Of a DNA stretch of 64,000 bases, positions 13,225 to 25,835 are shown one piece after another. The stretch is from Carcharhinus longimanus. Taxonomy: Eukaryota. Within the stretch, counting starts at the first letter, position 1, and every line of letters begins with the position of its first letter. The position numbers and the translations under genes are program-made. The stretch covers positions 69,172,882-69,236,881 of the forward strand of contig JASCQW010000061.1 in assembly GCA_030264375.1 (NCBI GenBank), in the 5' to 3' direction. The notes under the pieces were generated by a model. That model had not been told where the DNA came from and ran no database searches. It saw only the letters and a list, made by a program, of their open reading frames with translations.

Positions 13225-14650
13225 TTTAAAGTATCAGGAGGGCATTCAGCCTATCGTGCCCATGTCAGCTCTTTGAAAAAGCTGTCTAATTCTGACCCAC
13301 GTCCCACCATTTTCCCCCTTACCCTGCAAATTAGTCAACTTCAAGTCACATGCCAAATTGTCTTTGAAACCTCCTATGGAATCTGTTTCCACCACCCTTT
13401 CAAGTCAAGCACTCCAGTTAATAACAATCCTCCCTGAAAACAATTGTTTGTTTTATGATTTATTTAAATCGTATGAGCACTAATTACTGATCCACTTGCC
13501 AGCGGCAGCAGTTTCTCCTTCCTTGCTTTATCAAAATCTCAGAGGTCTTAACTTTTCTGCTCTAAGGAGAGCAATCCTAGCATCTCCAATCTCTCCACAT
13601 AACTAAACTTTCTCATCCTTGGCACTGCCTGGTGAATCCTTTCCAAGGCCTTGACATCCTTCCTAAATTGTGGTGCCCAGAAATGTACACAATACTCCAA
13701 CTGAGGCCTATCCAGAATTTTTTTTTTTTAAAGACTTCCTTCTTTTTGTACTCAATGCCCCTATTTATAAAGCAAAGTATCCCTATCCTATACACTTTCT
13801 GAACAGCCTCCTCAACTTTCCCTGCCACCTCCAAGGAGATTCAATCACTTTGTTCTTGCACGACCTTCAAAATGGGATTTAGATTATACCACCTCCATGT
13901 ATTTTCTCCCAAGTGCATAACTTCATATTCATCTGCGCATTTCGCCCGACATGTCCTCCTTATATCTACAACCAATCTCCTCACTTGTTTGTGATGTTGC
14001 CAAGTTTTGGTCAGCTGCATGCTTCAAAAATTCCATCCCTAAACTCAAGTCCAGTCATTTTTATATTAAAAGAAGCAATACTGATCTCTGTGGCCACCCC
14101 CCCACTGCTGTTTCCCATCCCTCAGCCAATTACATATTCCAGGTTACATCATTCATTTAATCCAATGTCCTTTTATCTTCTGGAGTTTGCTTTGTTAGAT
14201 TTTATCTATTTTTAGTGGCACATATATACACAATATCTACTTTACCTTCATTTTACTCACTGTTACTCCATCAAAAACACACATCAGATGAGTCAAATAT
14301 GATTTGCACATAACAATTCCTTCAGTAGCTCTAGCCAGCTACTTTCATAAACTTTCCTTCTCTTAGTCCCTGATCAGTCCCGCCATTCCTTTAATTATCC
14401 TTTTACGTTTAGTACATTTACATTAGAAGGGATTTTTGGGACCCATTTTCTTTCAACCACCCTTTACTCTTATAGTCTCTGTCTTTCTTGTATCATTTTT
14501 CAACTTCCCACCCTGACTCTTCAGTGTCAGCCCGGTTTACTACTATTCTATTCAGTCCCTAATATTGAACATAAACCCCTTTTCCTATTTAATTTAATTG
14601 CTACTTCTTGTGTCATCCAGGGAGTTCTAGTCTTGGAAGTCCTTCAGGGA
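13225..14650 (-). mobile_element. Old CR1 LINE fragment
   Basis: GILCFINRGIEYKKKEV motif (ORF 13613-13834); reverse-complement CR1 tail at ~13235. Confidence 0.85.
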
Positions 14651-14900
14651 AAATGCTTGGTTCTCCTTTAACTGTTTCAACTAATACCCCAACCCCCCTC
14701 CAAACAAACAAAGTCAATAGTCAGGTGATTGAAGTTTTGCAGTATCGTTTTCTCTGGCCTCCAGATTTACTCCTCTATAAGCTCCACAATATCTCTATGG
14801 GCTCTTATGTAAATACCGTCAATCCTTTTCTATTCCTTTACTCTAACCAAATAGATTCAATCTTTAAAGCTTCCAGCATTTCATCCCTGTGTAGAGCTTA

Positions 14901-15028
14901 CATGATGTGGAGATACCAGCATTGAACTGGGGTAAACACACCAGCATCTCCACGTCATGGCTACCATCGACACCGCAAACTGCCGGCTCCAAGTGGAGAA
15001 CATCTCCAAGAAAATCACACATATCGAC
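14901..15028. mobile_element. Penelope-like terminus with inverted pLTR and start of the PLE ORF (MATIDTANCRLQVENISKKITHID)
   Basis: CATGATGTGGAGAT is inverted as ATCTCCACGTCATG; the same terminus occurs at 41816. Confidence 0.75.
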
Positions 15029-15199
15029 CTAGGGCTTCCATCCCAGATATTTCAGTATGTGAGTGTATCCTAGAAACATCTTCAGTACATGCTGTGTGGA
15101 AGGACACCCTCCTCCTTGTGAGATGGTTGCCTGAGTCCTTCGGTCAAGGGCTGCATTCTCAGTGGTTGGTTGTGAAGAATGCAAAAACGTACGTGCAAG

Positions 15200-15745
15200 G
15201 CTCTCCATAAATGCAAGTTTTCACAACGACCAAAGTGTTTAACAGCCAATGGAATATTTTTGAAGAGTGGCTATTGTTGTTTATAGGGAACAGGAGCAAT
15301 TTGACACAGAACTGCAGCACTTAAACTGATGGGCCCAAACCAAGTTATATTCTGCATCCTCCTTAGAAACAGTGGTCCTAATCTACGAGCCTAATCTACG
15401 AATATTTCAATATTCCTTTATACTGCTTTCTTTTAGCCATCCAGCTAACATATTTTTTAAATGTATACCTGGCCTCTGTCTAACCATTAAAACTCTTAGC
15501 ACATTCCACAACCTCAATCAATATTGTGTGTGAAACACATTCCAGTGCTCTCTATTCTAATTTACACAGAAAAGTCTAACAAAAAACAATATAGTTGACC
15601 AGTTAAACAGTTTTGTGGGCGCTGGCTGGCCTTCTCAGCTGTTCAAAAAAAATTATTTTGGGGATCTGTTATGTCCACTTGAACCGGTGAAGGGGACCTC
15701 AGCATCTCATGCAATGGTAACATTCAAGTAAAGCACTTAATAAAA
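15200..15745 (-). mobile_element. Fragments of ancient Deu-domain SINE
   Basis: Reverse-complement motifs ACAGCCAATGGAATATTTTTGAAG and GGGATCTGTTATGTCCACTTGA. Confidence 0.5.
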
Positions 15746-15869
15746 AGTACTTCCATTCTCTACTCATGACCCAAGTTAAATCACCACACACACGATCGAC
15801 TGCAGTGACGGGAGAAAATTCCCATTGACGGCACCTCTGTTGGTATGCATGATACCTCTCTGGCCCTTA

Positions 15870-15995
15870 TCTACAGAATCCTACAGTGCAGAAGGAGGCC
15901 ATTCAGCCCATCAAGCCTGCACCAACGACAATCCCACCCACGCCCTATCCCCACAACCCCATGCATTTACCCCAGCTAGTCCCCCTGACACTAAG
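15870..15995 (-). mobile_element. HE1-type SINE 3' fragment
   Basis: AGAATCCTACAGTGCAGAAGGAGGCCATTCAGCCCATC. Confidence 0.85.
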
Positions 15996-16049
15996 CAGCT
16001 CGCAAAACAAACTGACAGCCTTATATAAGTCAATGCCAAGCATTCATCA

Positions 16050-16400
16050 ACCTATCACTAGACACCAACAGGCCCTTAGATAACTATCAATTCTGCAGAT
16101 GCATTGCAGCAATTCACCAAAGACCCAGAAGAACAAGGGCAGCAGATACAAGGGAACACCACCACCTGCAAGTTCCCCTCCAAGCTACTCACCATCCTGA
16201 CTTGGAAATATATCACCATTCCTTCACTGTCACTGGGCCAAAATCCTGGAATTCCCTTCCTAACGGCATTGTGGGTCAACCCACAGCACATGGACTGCAG
16301 CGTTTCAAGGCAGCAGCTCACCACCACCTTCAAGGGAAACTGGGGATGAGCAATAAATGGGGGCCAGCCAGCGACACCCATGTCCCATGAATGATTTTTT
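16050..16400 (+). mobile_element. Non-LTR retrotransposon 3' end (CR1/Jockey-group shark family)
   Basis: PSFTVTGPKSWNSLPNGIVGQPTAHGLQRFKAAAHHHL-like C-terminus; tail CCCATGAATGA. Confidence 0.85.
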
Positions 16401-18267
16401 TAATCAAATGCTGAATCACTATGATCAAGTTTCATTTAAGACAGATTTGGAGCTATGATTCTTTAATTCAAGCAGATCCATGGTTAGGAGCACAATTACT
16501 TCACTTAGCTTGCAGCAACTAAACTACATCAAATCGTTGGTTTATTCTAAGGCTGAACACCAAAATGTAACTTAATAAAGAATAAAAATCCTGTAACAAG
16601 TAGAAACAGATTTTTCTGACTTCCTTGCGCTTCTGCCTCTACTCTGAGTCCCGTCACTTAAACAACAGTAAAATTCAACCAGACATGGTACTATATCAAT
16701 CAGGATTTCTGCTCCGAGTTATTTTTAAATGATGCTTATCCAGGTGCCAAGATGAAGATAGAGTCTGCCCAACCAAAATGAACTCCCCAGCTAACAATCT
16801 GTCGACACACTCCAAGAAAGTGTGCATGGGCATCGAAAAGATGAAGGGACAATCTTTTCAGCCATATCTTCATTTCAACACCGAGCACATTTTTGCCAGA
16901 AAAGTCACTGACCAGTGATTGGGAGAAGGAATTCTGGCTGATTTTTTTCTCCCTTTCTCAGTACAGGAATGCCGAAGCCAACTGTACCATCAACGCCAAC
17001 TAAAATGCACCAATTCAATCGCCTTTGGAATAGATCAGTCAGTGTCAATGAGATACTAGATATGCACTAATACAAGTACTGCACCCTCCATTAATCATAT
17101 AAAATGAAAATACATGTTACAATATTCATCAGCATGAGAAAGGTTTAAAAAATTCATTAACTTCATTGGTGCCGAAACTAAGGGAAGCAATTTTAATAAG
17201 TGAGGAAGAAAATAAGAAAAAAGCAAGCAAATTCAGCATCAAGCAGATAAACCTTGCCAAGATGTGGCAACTAAATGGTGTTCTAGATTTACTTCACAAC
17301 TCTTGATTTTTCTCAAGTACACAGAGCTGCTCTCTTAAAATCATTTTAACAAGAAAATTAGCACTGAAGAATTTTAAGTAGATTAAATAATATTATTCAG
17401 TTTCTCTCCATCAATGAATATATTTACAGGTCTGCATTTAGGCAGAAGCTATGAATTTTTACAACACTGCATTAAGCACTGGTCAGTGTTAAAAATTAAA
17501 TACAGGGTTATGCAGTTCCTTTGAAAGTTTTTACATTGATAGTTGCATACACTTACGTAATATTNNNNNNNNNNNNNNNNNNNNNNNNNNNNNNNNNNNN
17601 NNNNNNNNNNNNNNNNNNNNNNNNNNNNNNNNNNNNNNNTGGTGCAACGTTTGCCAAAGCATTGTTGTCCAATACACGTGGATAATTTTATGCACATGTT
17701 CTTCAATGTTTTTGTATGTTTTTTTTATTGTGTCATATTAGCAGCATGCAAATGTTTTTGGTTATGAATGATTTACCACTTTAGGTGCCATGACAAGAAT
17801 TCAATGACAAAGACATTTTCCAACAGCTGCTTTCTAAACACACAGTGCATTTCTCCTACCATCATTTACACCACAATGGCTGCTGCCTTGCCTTTGTGAT
17901 AACAGAATGTCTTATCTACATATTCAACTTTTACAATCATATAAAACCTTTATAATCTGTAGCCAGTAAAGGCAGCTTATAACACGCTCACATGCATTCA
18001 AGTATTTAGTTCTTGTCCATGGCCTTTGCTTCGTCAAGCAGTGAAAAGGCTCAGAAGATGGCACCACCACAAAACTACTGTAATAAAAAGCTTCTTTTGT
18101 TCATGAAAGCACAGATGGCTAAATACTCTAGCAACTCATTTACTCCATTAAAATTGTAACCATTTTATCCACTATATAAATTTAAAATATTGCCATTCAA
18201 GGCAGCAATTATTTAGCTAAGTGGACTTGGTGCACAGGTAGGAATCACAATCAAAAATCAGACTCAC

Positions 18268-18423
18268 AAACTGGACTTGAGTGGTTGTCTGGATACAAAG
18301 TTTAGATTTCAATTCCTTCAATAGTCTGTGGTGCAGCTTCTGCTTTTTGAACCTCCCCAACTGCTCAGACATGTCCTGTCCTGAAGTTTCAATGGCCTCA
18401 ACTGCCAATTCACATCACCGATT
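18268..18423 (-). other. Putative 5' UTR exon, 156 nt, carrying an ATG-initiated frame open to the donor (MSEQLGRFKKQKLHHRLLKELKSKLCIQTTTQVQF)
   Basis: Minus strand: ttcctgtgcctttccag|AATCGG...CAGTTT|gtgagtc. ATG at 18372, 35 codons, phase 0 at the donor. Confidence 0.7.
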
Positions 18424-21400
18424 CTGGAAAGGCACAGGAATTCCAAGGCATAAAATGCAAATGCATTTTTTCCCCACTATTTCAGAGTTTGCTTAAAATA
18501 ATAAAAAAAACTAGGGGAGATCTGTGCTCACTCAGTTAAGCAATTCCCTAAAATTTGTGAAAAATATTTGTATCCATTACTCTCCAGAGAGGGGTGGAAG
18601 GCAAACACTACATTTCCAGTGATTATGAGAAATATAAGCCCCCTTCTCCCTATCAAGTGTAGTTTTGCATGCAGAAGCAGCAAAAAGAAGTCTCAATTTG
18701 TGTGCAATCTTATATAATACAATAATTCTGCAGTTGTACAATTTCTTTACATGACATAATTTGGCATTTATTTAAACTTCCTTTTTTTTTTAAACAAAGA
18801 ATTGCAACACTATTAGAGATGAATGCGATTCTCAATATTCTATCTGGAAAACACATTTCAATGCAGTTGGAAAACTTTCAATTAAGCTCAAAGTTTCCTT
18901 TTACTATCTATTGAGATTGGACCACAAGAAGTTTACTCAAAAATAATCTTTCTGGTTCACGTGTCATCACGATAAATTACAAGCAACATTCGGGCTCCAC
19001 TAGGTTAAGTTTCAGTTTATTTTGGGAAGGGAAATGGGCCGTGCTGTGAATTTTGCATTCCTACAACTCACTGGCAGTTAAGACACACCTACATCAAGAA
19101 TAGAAAGTAAGAGTATAAGATAGCTCTCTGTACTCTTGCACAACAATATGCTTCACCTCCAATCTCAAAAAAGTGTCCCCTGTAACACAACTGCTTTCAT
19201 CATCCTCAGTGGCCATCAATGAATGGCGTGCAAAAAAAAAGCTCATGTAACCAGTACAGCCAGACATAACAGATAGATACCAAGAGCAGAGGAAAAATTG
19301 TACAAGTCTACCACGGCTCATGTGCATTTTAGCAACAATGGCTCAGCAAGTCTGCATTAGAAGATCAGAGTTCTAAGCACCACTGTCAGAGCTTCCATAA
19401 GCAGCAGTGTCACCAGGGGCATTTTTCACTAATTTCTTAACGATATTAATCTAAACACAAAATGTGTTTGTGTTTAGATTAAACACCACCTCCACCAGCC
19501 CTCAACAAGGCCTCCAAATCTGATCGACCTTATCTATATCACACCACTCCTCCAAAATAAGAATTTATCTCCTCTTACCTTCTCTTCCTCTCTTCCATCT
19601 CCAACACTTTATCTTCCCTCACTCAGCCTCTAACCCTCCTCCGCTTTCTTTCTTCCCATCTCTAAAACAACGTTGGCCCCCAGCCCTCCCCCACTGGCCT
19701 TTTTAGGCTTCCACTATTCAGAGTTCTTAACTGATTCGGGTCCCATTGCACACTGCAATCTAAACACCACATGCTCTTCATTCCCCAATAGGCCAAGTGA
19801 TTGTCTAATAACATTAAAAAAATCTTACCTCTACTTACCCTTCCGGTTAAGTGTTTCCATTTTTAATGGCAACGTCCACATTTATAACAGAAGTTGCACC
19901 TATACTTCCTGCCATTGGTGGTATGGCACCTCACTTCTGAATCACCCAAATCATTTGCCTGTGCAGAAAAACGGCGTTACTCCAACCAACTCTAATCTTC
20001 CTAAATTTCCAGCTTTTGTTGTTCAAATGTAAATGATGCAAAATTAAACAATAAAGGAAAAAAAGCCTTTAAAATGACAAGTGAATCACATTGGCATACC
20101 CTGATCCAATGACCCCTAACCACAAATCCCATTTTATATGAAGAATGCACGTGACCAACTAGTATTGTCCAACAAAGGTGATAAACCAAAGCTGGTTAAG
20201 TACAGACCCAACTAATCTGACAGTGGGAACAGAAACAAGCTTGATGATGAGCTACTTTGAGTTTTACAGGTGATAGAAAGTCTATAAAAGGGGGCAAATA
20301 AAAATTCAGACCCTAGCATTCACTTCAATTCAGAAAAGGGCCCTTTTTTTATTCTGAACCCCATAAAAATCAAGGTAAATAACAACCAACAATTACCGAT
20401 TTAACTCTGATGCCACTAGTTACTTGACCCCTTTACTTAAACAAAATCGAAGAAAATACACTTATTATTGTGCCTCCAGTGACTACGGCAGTGGCATTGT
20501 GAAGGCAACTGTTATATGCTTTTGTCAAACAACGTTTCAGTGCGTCACCCAAATCAACCTTCGATCAATGGCATTACCTCAGGAATTCCTGTGTAATAAA
20601 TGTAGCAAGAATAAACTGATATTTGCTGCAGTGTAAAGAATAGTTCTCAAAACAGTATCTAAAGATCTGGTATTGAATTCCATCTTCCACTGTTAGAGAT
20701 AATTAAAATCAATTTCTACCAATTTCCACTAATTAAAATGCCAGGTCTTTTTTCTGATGATTTGTTAACTATTTAGTGAAGTTAAATCATAATTGTAGGA
20801 CAAGGGAACATAGACATAAACTGTCAAAAGCAAACTCCAGGCCCGAGTCAGTGGTAAAAATTATGGGGAAGAATTTTGTTTCAGTAGGTAGCACTCTCCC
20901 CTGGAAGAGACAACGCTGTGGCTTACTTCCTGCCCAGTGTCCTTCAGCGTCAGTGAAGGCGGTTGCACAGCCCACACTGTTGTCTAGCCTAAGACGGTCC
21001 ATGTAGCCTTCTTACTGCTGTAACAACCCAACTCCCCATGACCCTTGTGAAGTTTAGGGGAGAGGGAGATCTAAGAAACTAATGGGATATAAAAACTGTT
21101 ATCTTTGGTCTTTTGGTTGGTCAAGTAAAAGGCAGTTAAAAGGGCTACAAAGAATAATTCATATCAGAAATGGTTTTCTATTTAAGGTGGTAATGGCAGA
21201 AACTGGATTAAATGGATGTTATGATGATGCAATCTAGTTTCCAGAAGGCTTCCCCTTGTGATCTGTACTTGAGCCTGCGACATTTCAACCAGTCAGAGAT
21301 TATATCGTATAAAATCAATCTCACAACCAGAAATGAGGTCAGCCATAAAAATGGAGAATGATGGGAAAAGATACAGATCAACAAAGCACTTGAAAAGTGA

Positions 21401-22679
21401 TATAGGTTAGTATTTCAGTTGGGAATCTTCAGAGCTGATGCAACTGGTAGGTGGTCAAATTATTTTGGATTTATACAGTAACATTTCAGCTCATGCTTAA
21501 GCTTTCTTGGTGCTTGGGTAGTGGGGGTCAGGGTGCAGAAAGGAGAAATATTCCATTTTTTCACTGCTTATGTCTCCTTTTCATCCAGCTAATATTAATC
21601 CAGCAGTTAAATGGATTAAACAGTTTGGACCATTTACTAATTAACACCAATCAATCTCTAATTAACTAGTGAGCTTCTGAATCAGCAAAGGCAGTTTTAT
21701 GCCTATTTTCTTTATGCCCAGCCCTTGACTCTCTATTACCATTCCGTTCCACAATTAACGAATGGGGTGCAAAGTAATAAAATTGGTTTCATGTAGTCAG
21801 ATGATCTGAAGATTTGATGACATCTCAGCTGGACACACTGATACCTTTATAACTAGTAAATCACTATGAATCCGTGATAATCCATATTGCACAATTGTGT
21901 GAGACACTTTGCCTTCAAGAGTAGCAGCAAAGATGGTATAGATAAGCTATGGATATACAAATTAAAAAACCTCTACAAAACTACCAATGAGAAATCTCAA
22001 GGATACATGAAAAGCAACCAGTCCTGAATTAGCAGTCAGGAGGAATGAACCAAACGTATCAAAAGGAGACTGATGATTTTTCACCATCTTTTCTCCCCTC
22101 TTATGTCCTAACACTAGCCCAGCTCAAAATAAGATTCACAATCATATGCAAAAATCATGTTTCTCACAGAAATAACAGTTAAAATGACTATGCTTCTGCA
22201 GCAGCTTCAGGAACACTTTAATTTGAAGGCATCAGCATCTCTTATCATGATATGGTCTTGATATATTTCCCCAAATGTTCATTGTCAGCTAAAGAGGGAG
22301 ATGGTATACAGTAAGGAGCATGTGCATCATGCACAATTCACAGCATGCCTCAGCCAGATTCTCCTGAAAAATGATTGTGAGCTGCTTTATCATTCCAAAT
22401 GATCTCAAAGCACACTGAAAGAATGAAATGATGCAGTTCAGCTCAAATCACTTTTCATATTCTAGTGTGTTTACCAAGTGTTTAACCAGTTTCATGTAGT
22501 CAGAAACTATTTTGTTTGATTTCCAAAAGAGAGATATGCAAATTGGTCACTGCTACTTATAAATCTAAATAAGTGATTATTTAAAGAGGTTTTCTCAATG
22601 GAAATGACGGCAAACCCCTATTCTCTTCATTTAGCTTCCAATGCAGGTTTGTAATTTTGGGTCAAATTTGGGTGGACAA

Positions 22680-23610
22680 ACATACAACTTCAGAGCAGGA
22701 GTGGGCCATTCAACCACTCAAACCTGCTCCACCATTCAGTAAGATCATGGCTCTTCTGACTGTGACTTCACTGCCACGTTCTTTCCTACTCCCTTATCAA
22801 GCACGAATCTATCAGCCTTAAAATATTCAATAACCCTGTTTCCACTACTCTCTGGGAAAGAGTGTTCCACAGACTTGGGATCCTTGGAAAGTAATTCTCC
22901 TTGTCTCTCTCTGAAATGGAAGTCCACTTCTTTATTTTTAACACTGCCTGCCAGTTCTAGTCTCTCACACAAGGGGGAACANNNNNNNNNNNNNNNNNNN
23001 NNNNNNNNNNNNNNNNNNNNNNNNNNNNNNNNNNNNNNNNNNNNNNNNNNNNNNNNNNNNNNNNNNNNNNNNNNNNNNNNNCTCAGCATCCTCTCTGGAT
23101 CTGTCTGTCAAGTCCTCTCTGGGTCTTGCGTGTAAGGTCACCTCTAATTCTTCTAAACTCAGTGGATATGGCCCAACCTGTCCCACCTTTCTTCATCTGG
23201 TTTCACCACCCCACCCCCCGAACTAATTCTAATGCAATTATGTCTTTTTTCAAATAAGATTAAAACTGTGCACTGTACTCTAGATGTGGTCTCACCAATA
23301 CCCTAAACAACTACAGCAAAACATCCCTACTTTCATATTCCATTTTGACCTCCAGAAAACAACAATATTCTATTCGTCTTCCTAATTACTTGCTGTAACT
23401 GACTTTTTGTGATTCATGTACCAAAACACATAGATGGCACTGTACCTTGGTGCTCTGCTATCTCTCTGTTTAAATAATATGCTGTTTTTCTATTCTTCCT
23501 GCCAAAAGGGATAAATTCACATTTTTCCAAATTTTACTCTCATCTGCCAAATTTTTGCCCACTCAATTTATCTCCCTTTGCAGACTCATGTCCTCTTCCT
23601 CAGACTCTGT
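22680..23610 (-). mobile_element. CR1 LINE fragment spanning a gap
   Basis: Reverse-complement tail GAGCAGGAGTGGGCCATTCAACC; CACTGTACTCTAGATGTGGTCTCACC (VRPHLEYSAQF-like). Confidence 0.85.
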
Positions 23611-24244
23611 CCTCTTAGTCAAAGGGTCAAGTGGCCTTCTCCTACACCCAAGTCCAATATTCCTGCATTCCTATAGAAACAAAGGTATCAAGCTCAAGTT
23701 GTCTTTTTTTTAAACGTTTAGTACAGCCAGTATTCCAGTTGCTGCAATGGATAAGTGTTGAGATTTTTAAAACCTCTAATTAATAGGTGCAAGAACAAGG
23801 GCGGAGAGCAACGGGTTTCGCTTGCCAATTTTTGCTATTCTTATCCTAAAGGCATTGACCTCTTGCTAAGATATGAGCCAGACACTTTCGGCAGGCAGAC
23901 CTGCAAAGTCACAGCTTAGAATCTGCAGCCAGCAACGAACAAGCTGAACCACTTTCATTCATTTACAGCTACCCACAGGCATCAAGTGGACTTCTGCACA
24001 GCAACTTGCAGTAATTAGAAAGCCAGTCCAACGTGGGCACACTTAGCCAGGGATCTGTGGGCATGGAAAATAACATCCGACATGTCTCTTCAACCAGACT
24101 GAACAATCCTTACTGAGATGCACAGTCTAAACCAGCATTGCATTGATAATTCAATACAAAAATCATGCACATGGAGTCAGGAGGGGAAAAAGAGTTGAGA
24201 TTGAGGGGGGAAGAGAATCAAAATCAAAAATCTTGGGTTTTATT

Positions 24245-25287
24245 TTCAAAGGAAGTTATACTGGCACTGGAGTGGGTGCAGAGGAGATTCACTAAGTTGA
24301 TTCCAGAGTTGAGAGGGTTGGCTTAAGGAGAGACTGAGTAAACTGGGGCTATGCTCATTGGAATTCAGAAGAATGAGGGGAGATCTTATCGAAACATAAG
24401 ATTATGAACAGAATAAATAAGACAGAAGCAGGGAAGTTGTTTCCACTGGCAGGTGAAACTAGAACTAGGGGGCATGGTCTCAAAATAAGAGGAAGCAGAT
24501 TAAAGGCTGAGTTGAGGAGGAACTTCTTCACACAAAGTGTTGTGAATCTGTGGAATTCCCTGCCCAGTGAAGCAGTTGAAGCTACCTCGTTGAATGTTTT
24601 TAAGGCAAGGATAGATACATTTTTAAACAGTAAAGAAATTGAGACATAGAACATAACAGCGCAGTACAGGCCCTTTGGCCCTCGATGTTGCGCCGACCAG
24701 CGGAACCAATCTAATGACCCTCTAACCTAAACTATTCCAATGTTATCCATATGNNNNNNNNNNNNNNNNNNNNNNNNNNNNNNNNNNNNNNNNNNNNNNN
24801 NNNNNNNNNNNNNNNNNNNNNNNNNNNNNNNNNNNNNNNNNNNNNNNNNNNNNATTCTCCTCGACTACACTGACTTTTTCCTGCGTGAATACTGACGAAA
24901 AATACTCATTCAGTGCCTCTCCTATCTCTTTAGGCTCCGCGCACAACTTCCCACTGTTGTCTCTGACTGGCCCTAATCTTGCCCTAACCAATCTTTTATT
25001 CTTGACATACCTGTAGAACGCTTTAGGATTTTCCTTGATCCTATCCGCCAAAGTCTTCTCATGTCCTCTTCTAAACTCTCTCTCTTTAGCTCCTTCCTGG
25101 CTAATTTATAACTCTCCAGTGCCCTAACTCAGCCTTCACGTCTCCATCTTTACATAAGCCTCCTTCTTCCTCTTCACCAGACTTATGGTGAGTGGGCAGG
25201 TAAGTGGAGCTGAGTGCATAAAAAGATCAGCTATGATCTTATTGCATGGTGGAGCAGGCTTAAGGGGCCAGATGGCCTATTCCTGCT
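24245..25287 (+). mobile_element. CR1 3' end split by a nested younger CR1
   Basis: LFPLAGETRTRGHGLKIRG...FFTQSVVNLWNSLP; the 3' UTR resumes at 25179. Confidence 0.95.
24646..25178 (-). mobile_element. Young CR1 insertion (collapsed at gap), AGAC duplicated at both ends
   Basis: ADRIKENPKAFYRYVKNKR...EALNEYFSSVFTQE; tail ATAGAACATAAC at 24646. Confidence 0.95.
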
Positions 25288-25714
25288 CCTGGTTTCTTAC
25301 ATTCCTGCAAGAATTAAATTCTAAAGAAATCAGAGTTCACACTTGCAGAACTCAGATTGTTTGACAGTAATTAAAACATATGACACCATTAAAAATTTAT
25401 TTACATTTGAATTAAGTTTTTTCTGCTTGTTTAATGGGTAAGCAAAGCAATTTCACAATTTTCTAATTGATTTAATGCAGTCATTCGATGACATACCTAT
25501 GTAGCTAAGCTTCTGGAGAAGATCAAATCAAATCCTATTCCTGGGTTCTCCATTGTACTGCACGGATGCTGAAGTTTGTGTTTGATTTACTCCATAATAA
25601 CTGTGATGCTGATAGTTGTGACATGAAATTTAGACCATTATTTATGCAAGCCTCAACAATGAAGGTTAGCAAGTTGCTTGTGGATCTTCACGATAGGAAT
25701 ATTAAAATGTTCTC

Positions 25715-25835
25715 TCTTAATAGCACTAACCTGCTACCTCACCTTTTGACTGTAGAACCCAACCATTGTTCAACATCTTATCTGACTGACAACGTCACCA
25801 AGTGCACCACTTCCTCAGCACTACACTGGGATTTG
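25715..25835 (-). mobile_element. Deu-domain SINE fragment
   Basis: TTCAACATCTTATCTGACTGACAAC...GTGCACCACTTCCTCAGCACTACACTGG. Confidence 0.55.

Noticed and set aside
20329-20358. AAAAGGGCCCTTTT palindrome followed by a T run (terminator-like)
   Set aside because: Low-complexity palindrome; intrinsic terminators are not relevant in a vertebrate intron.
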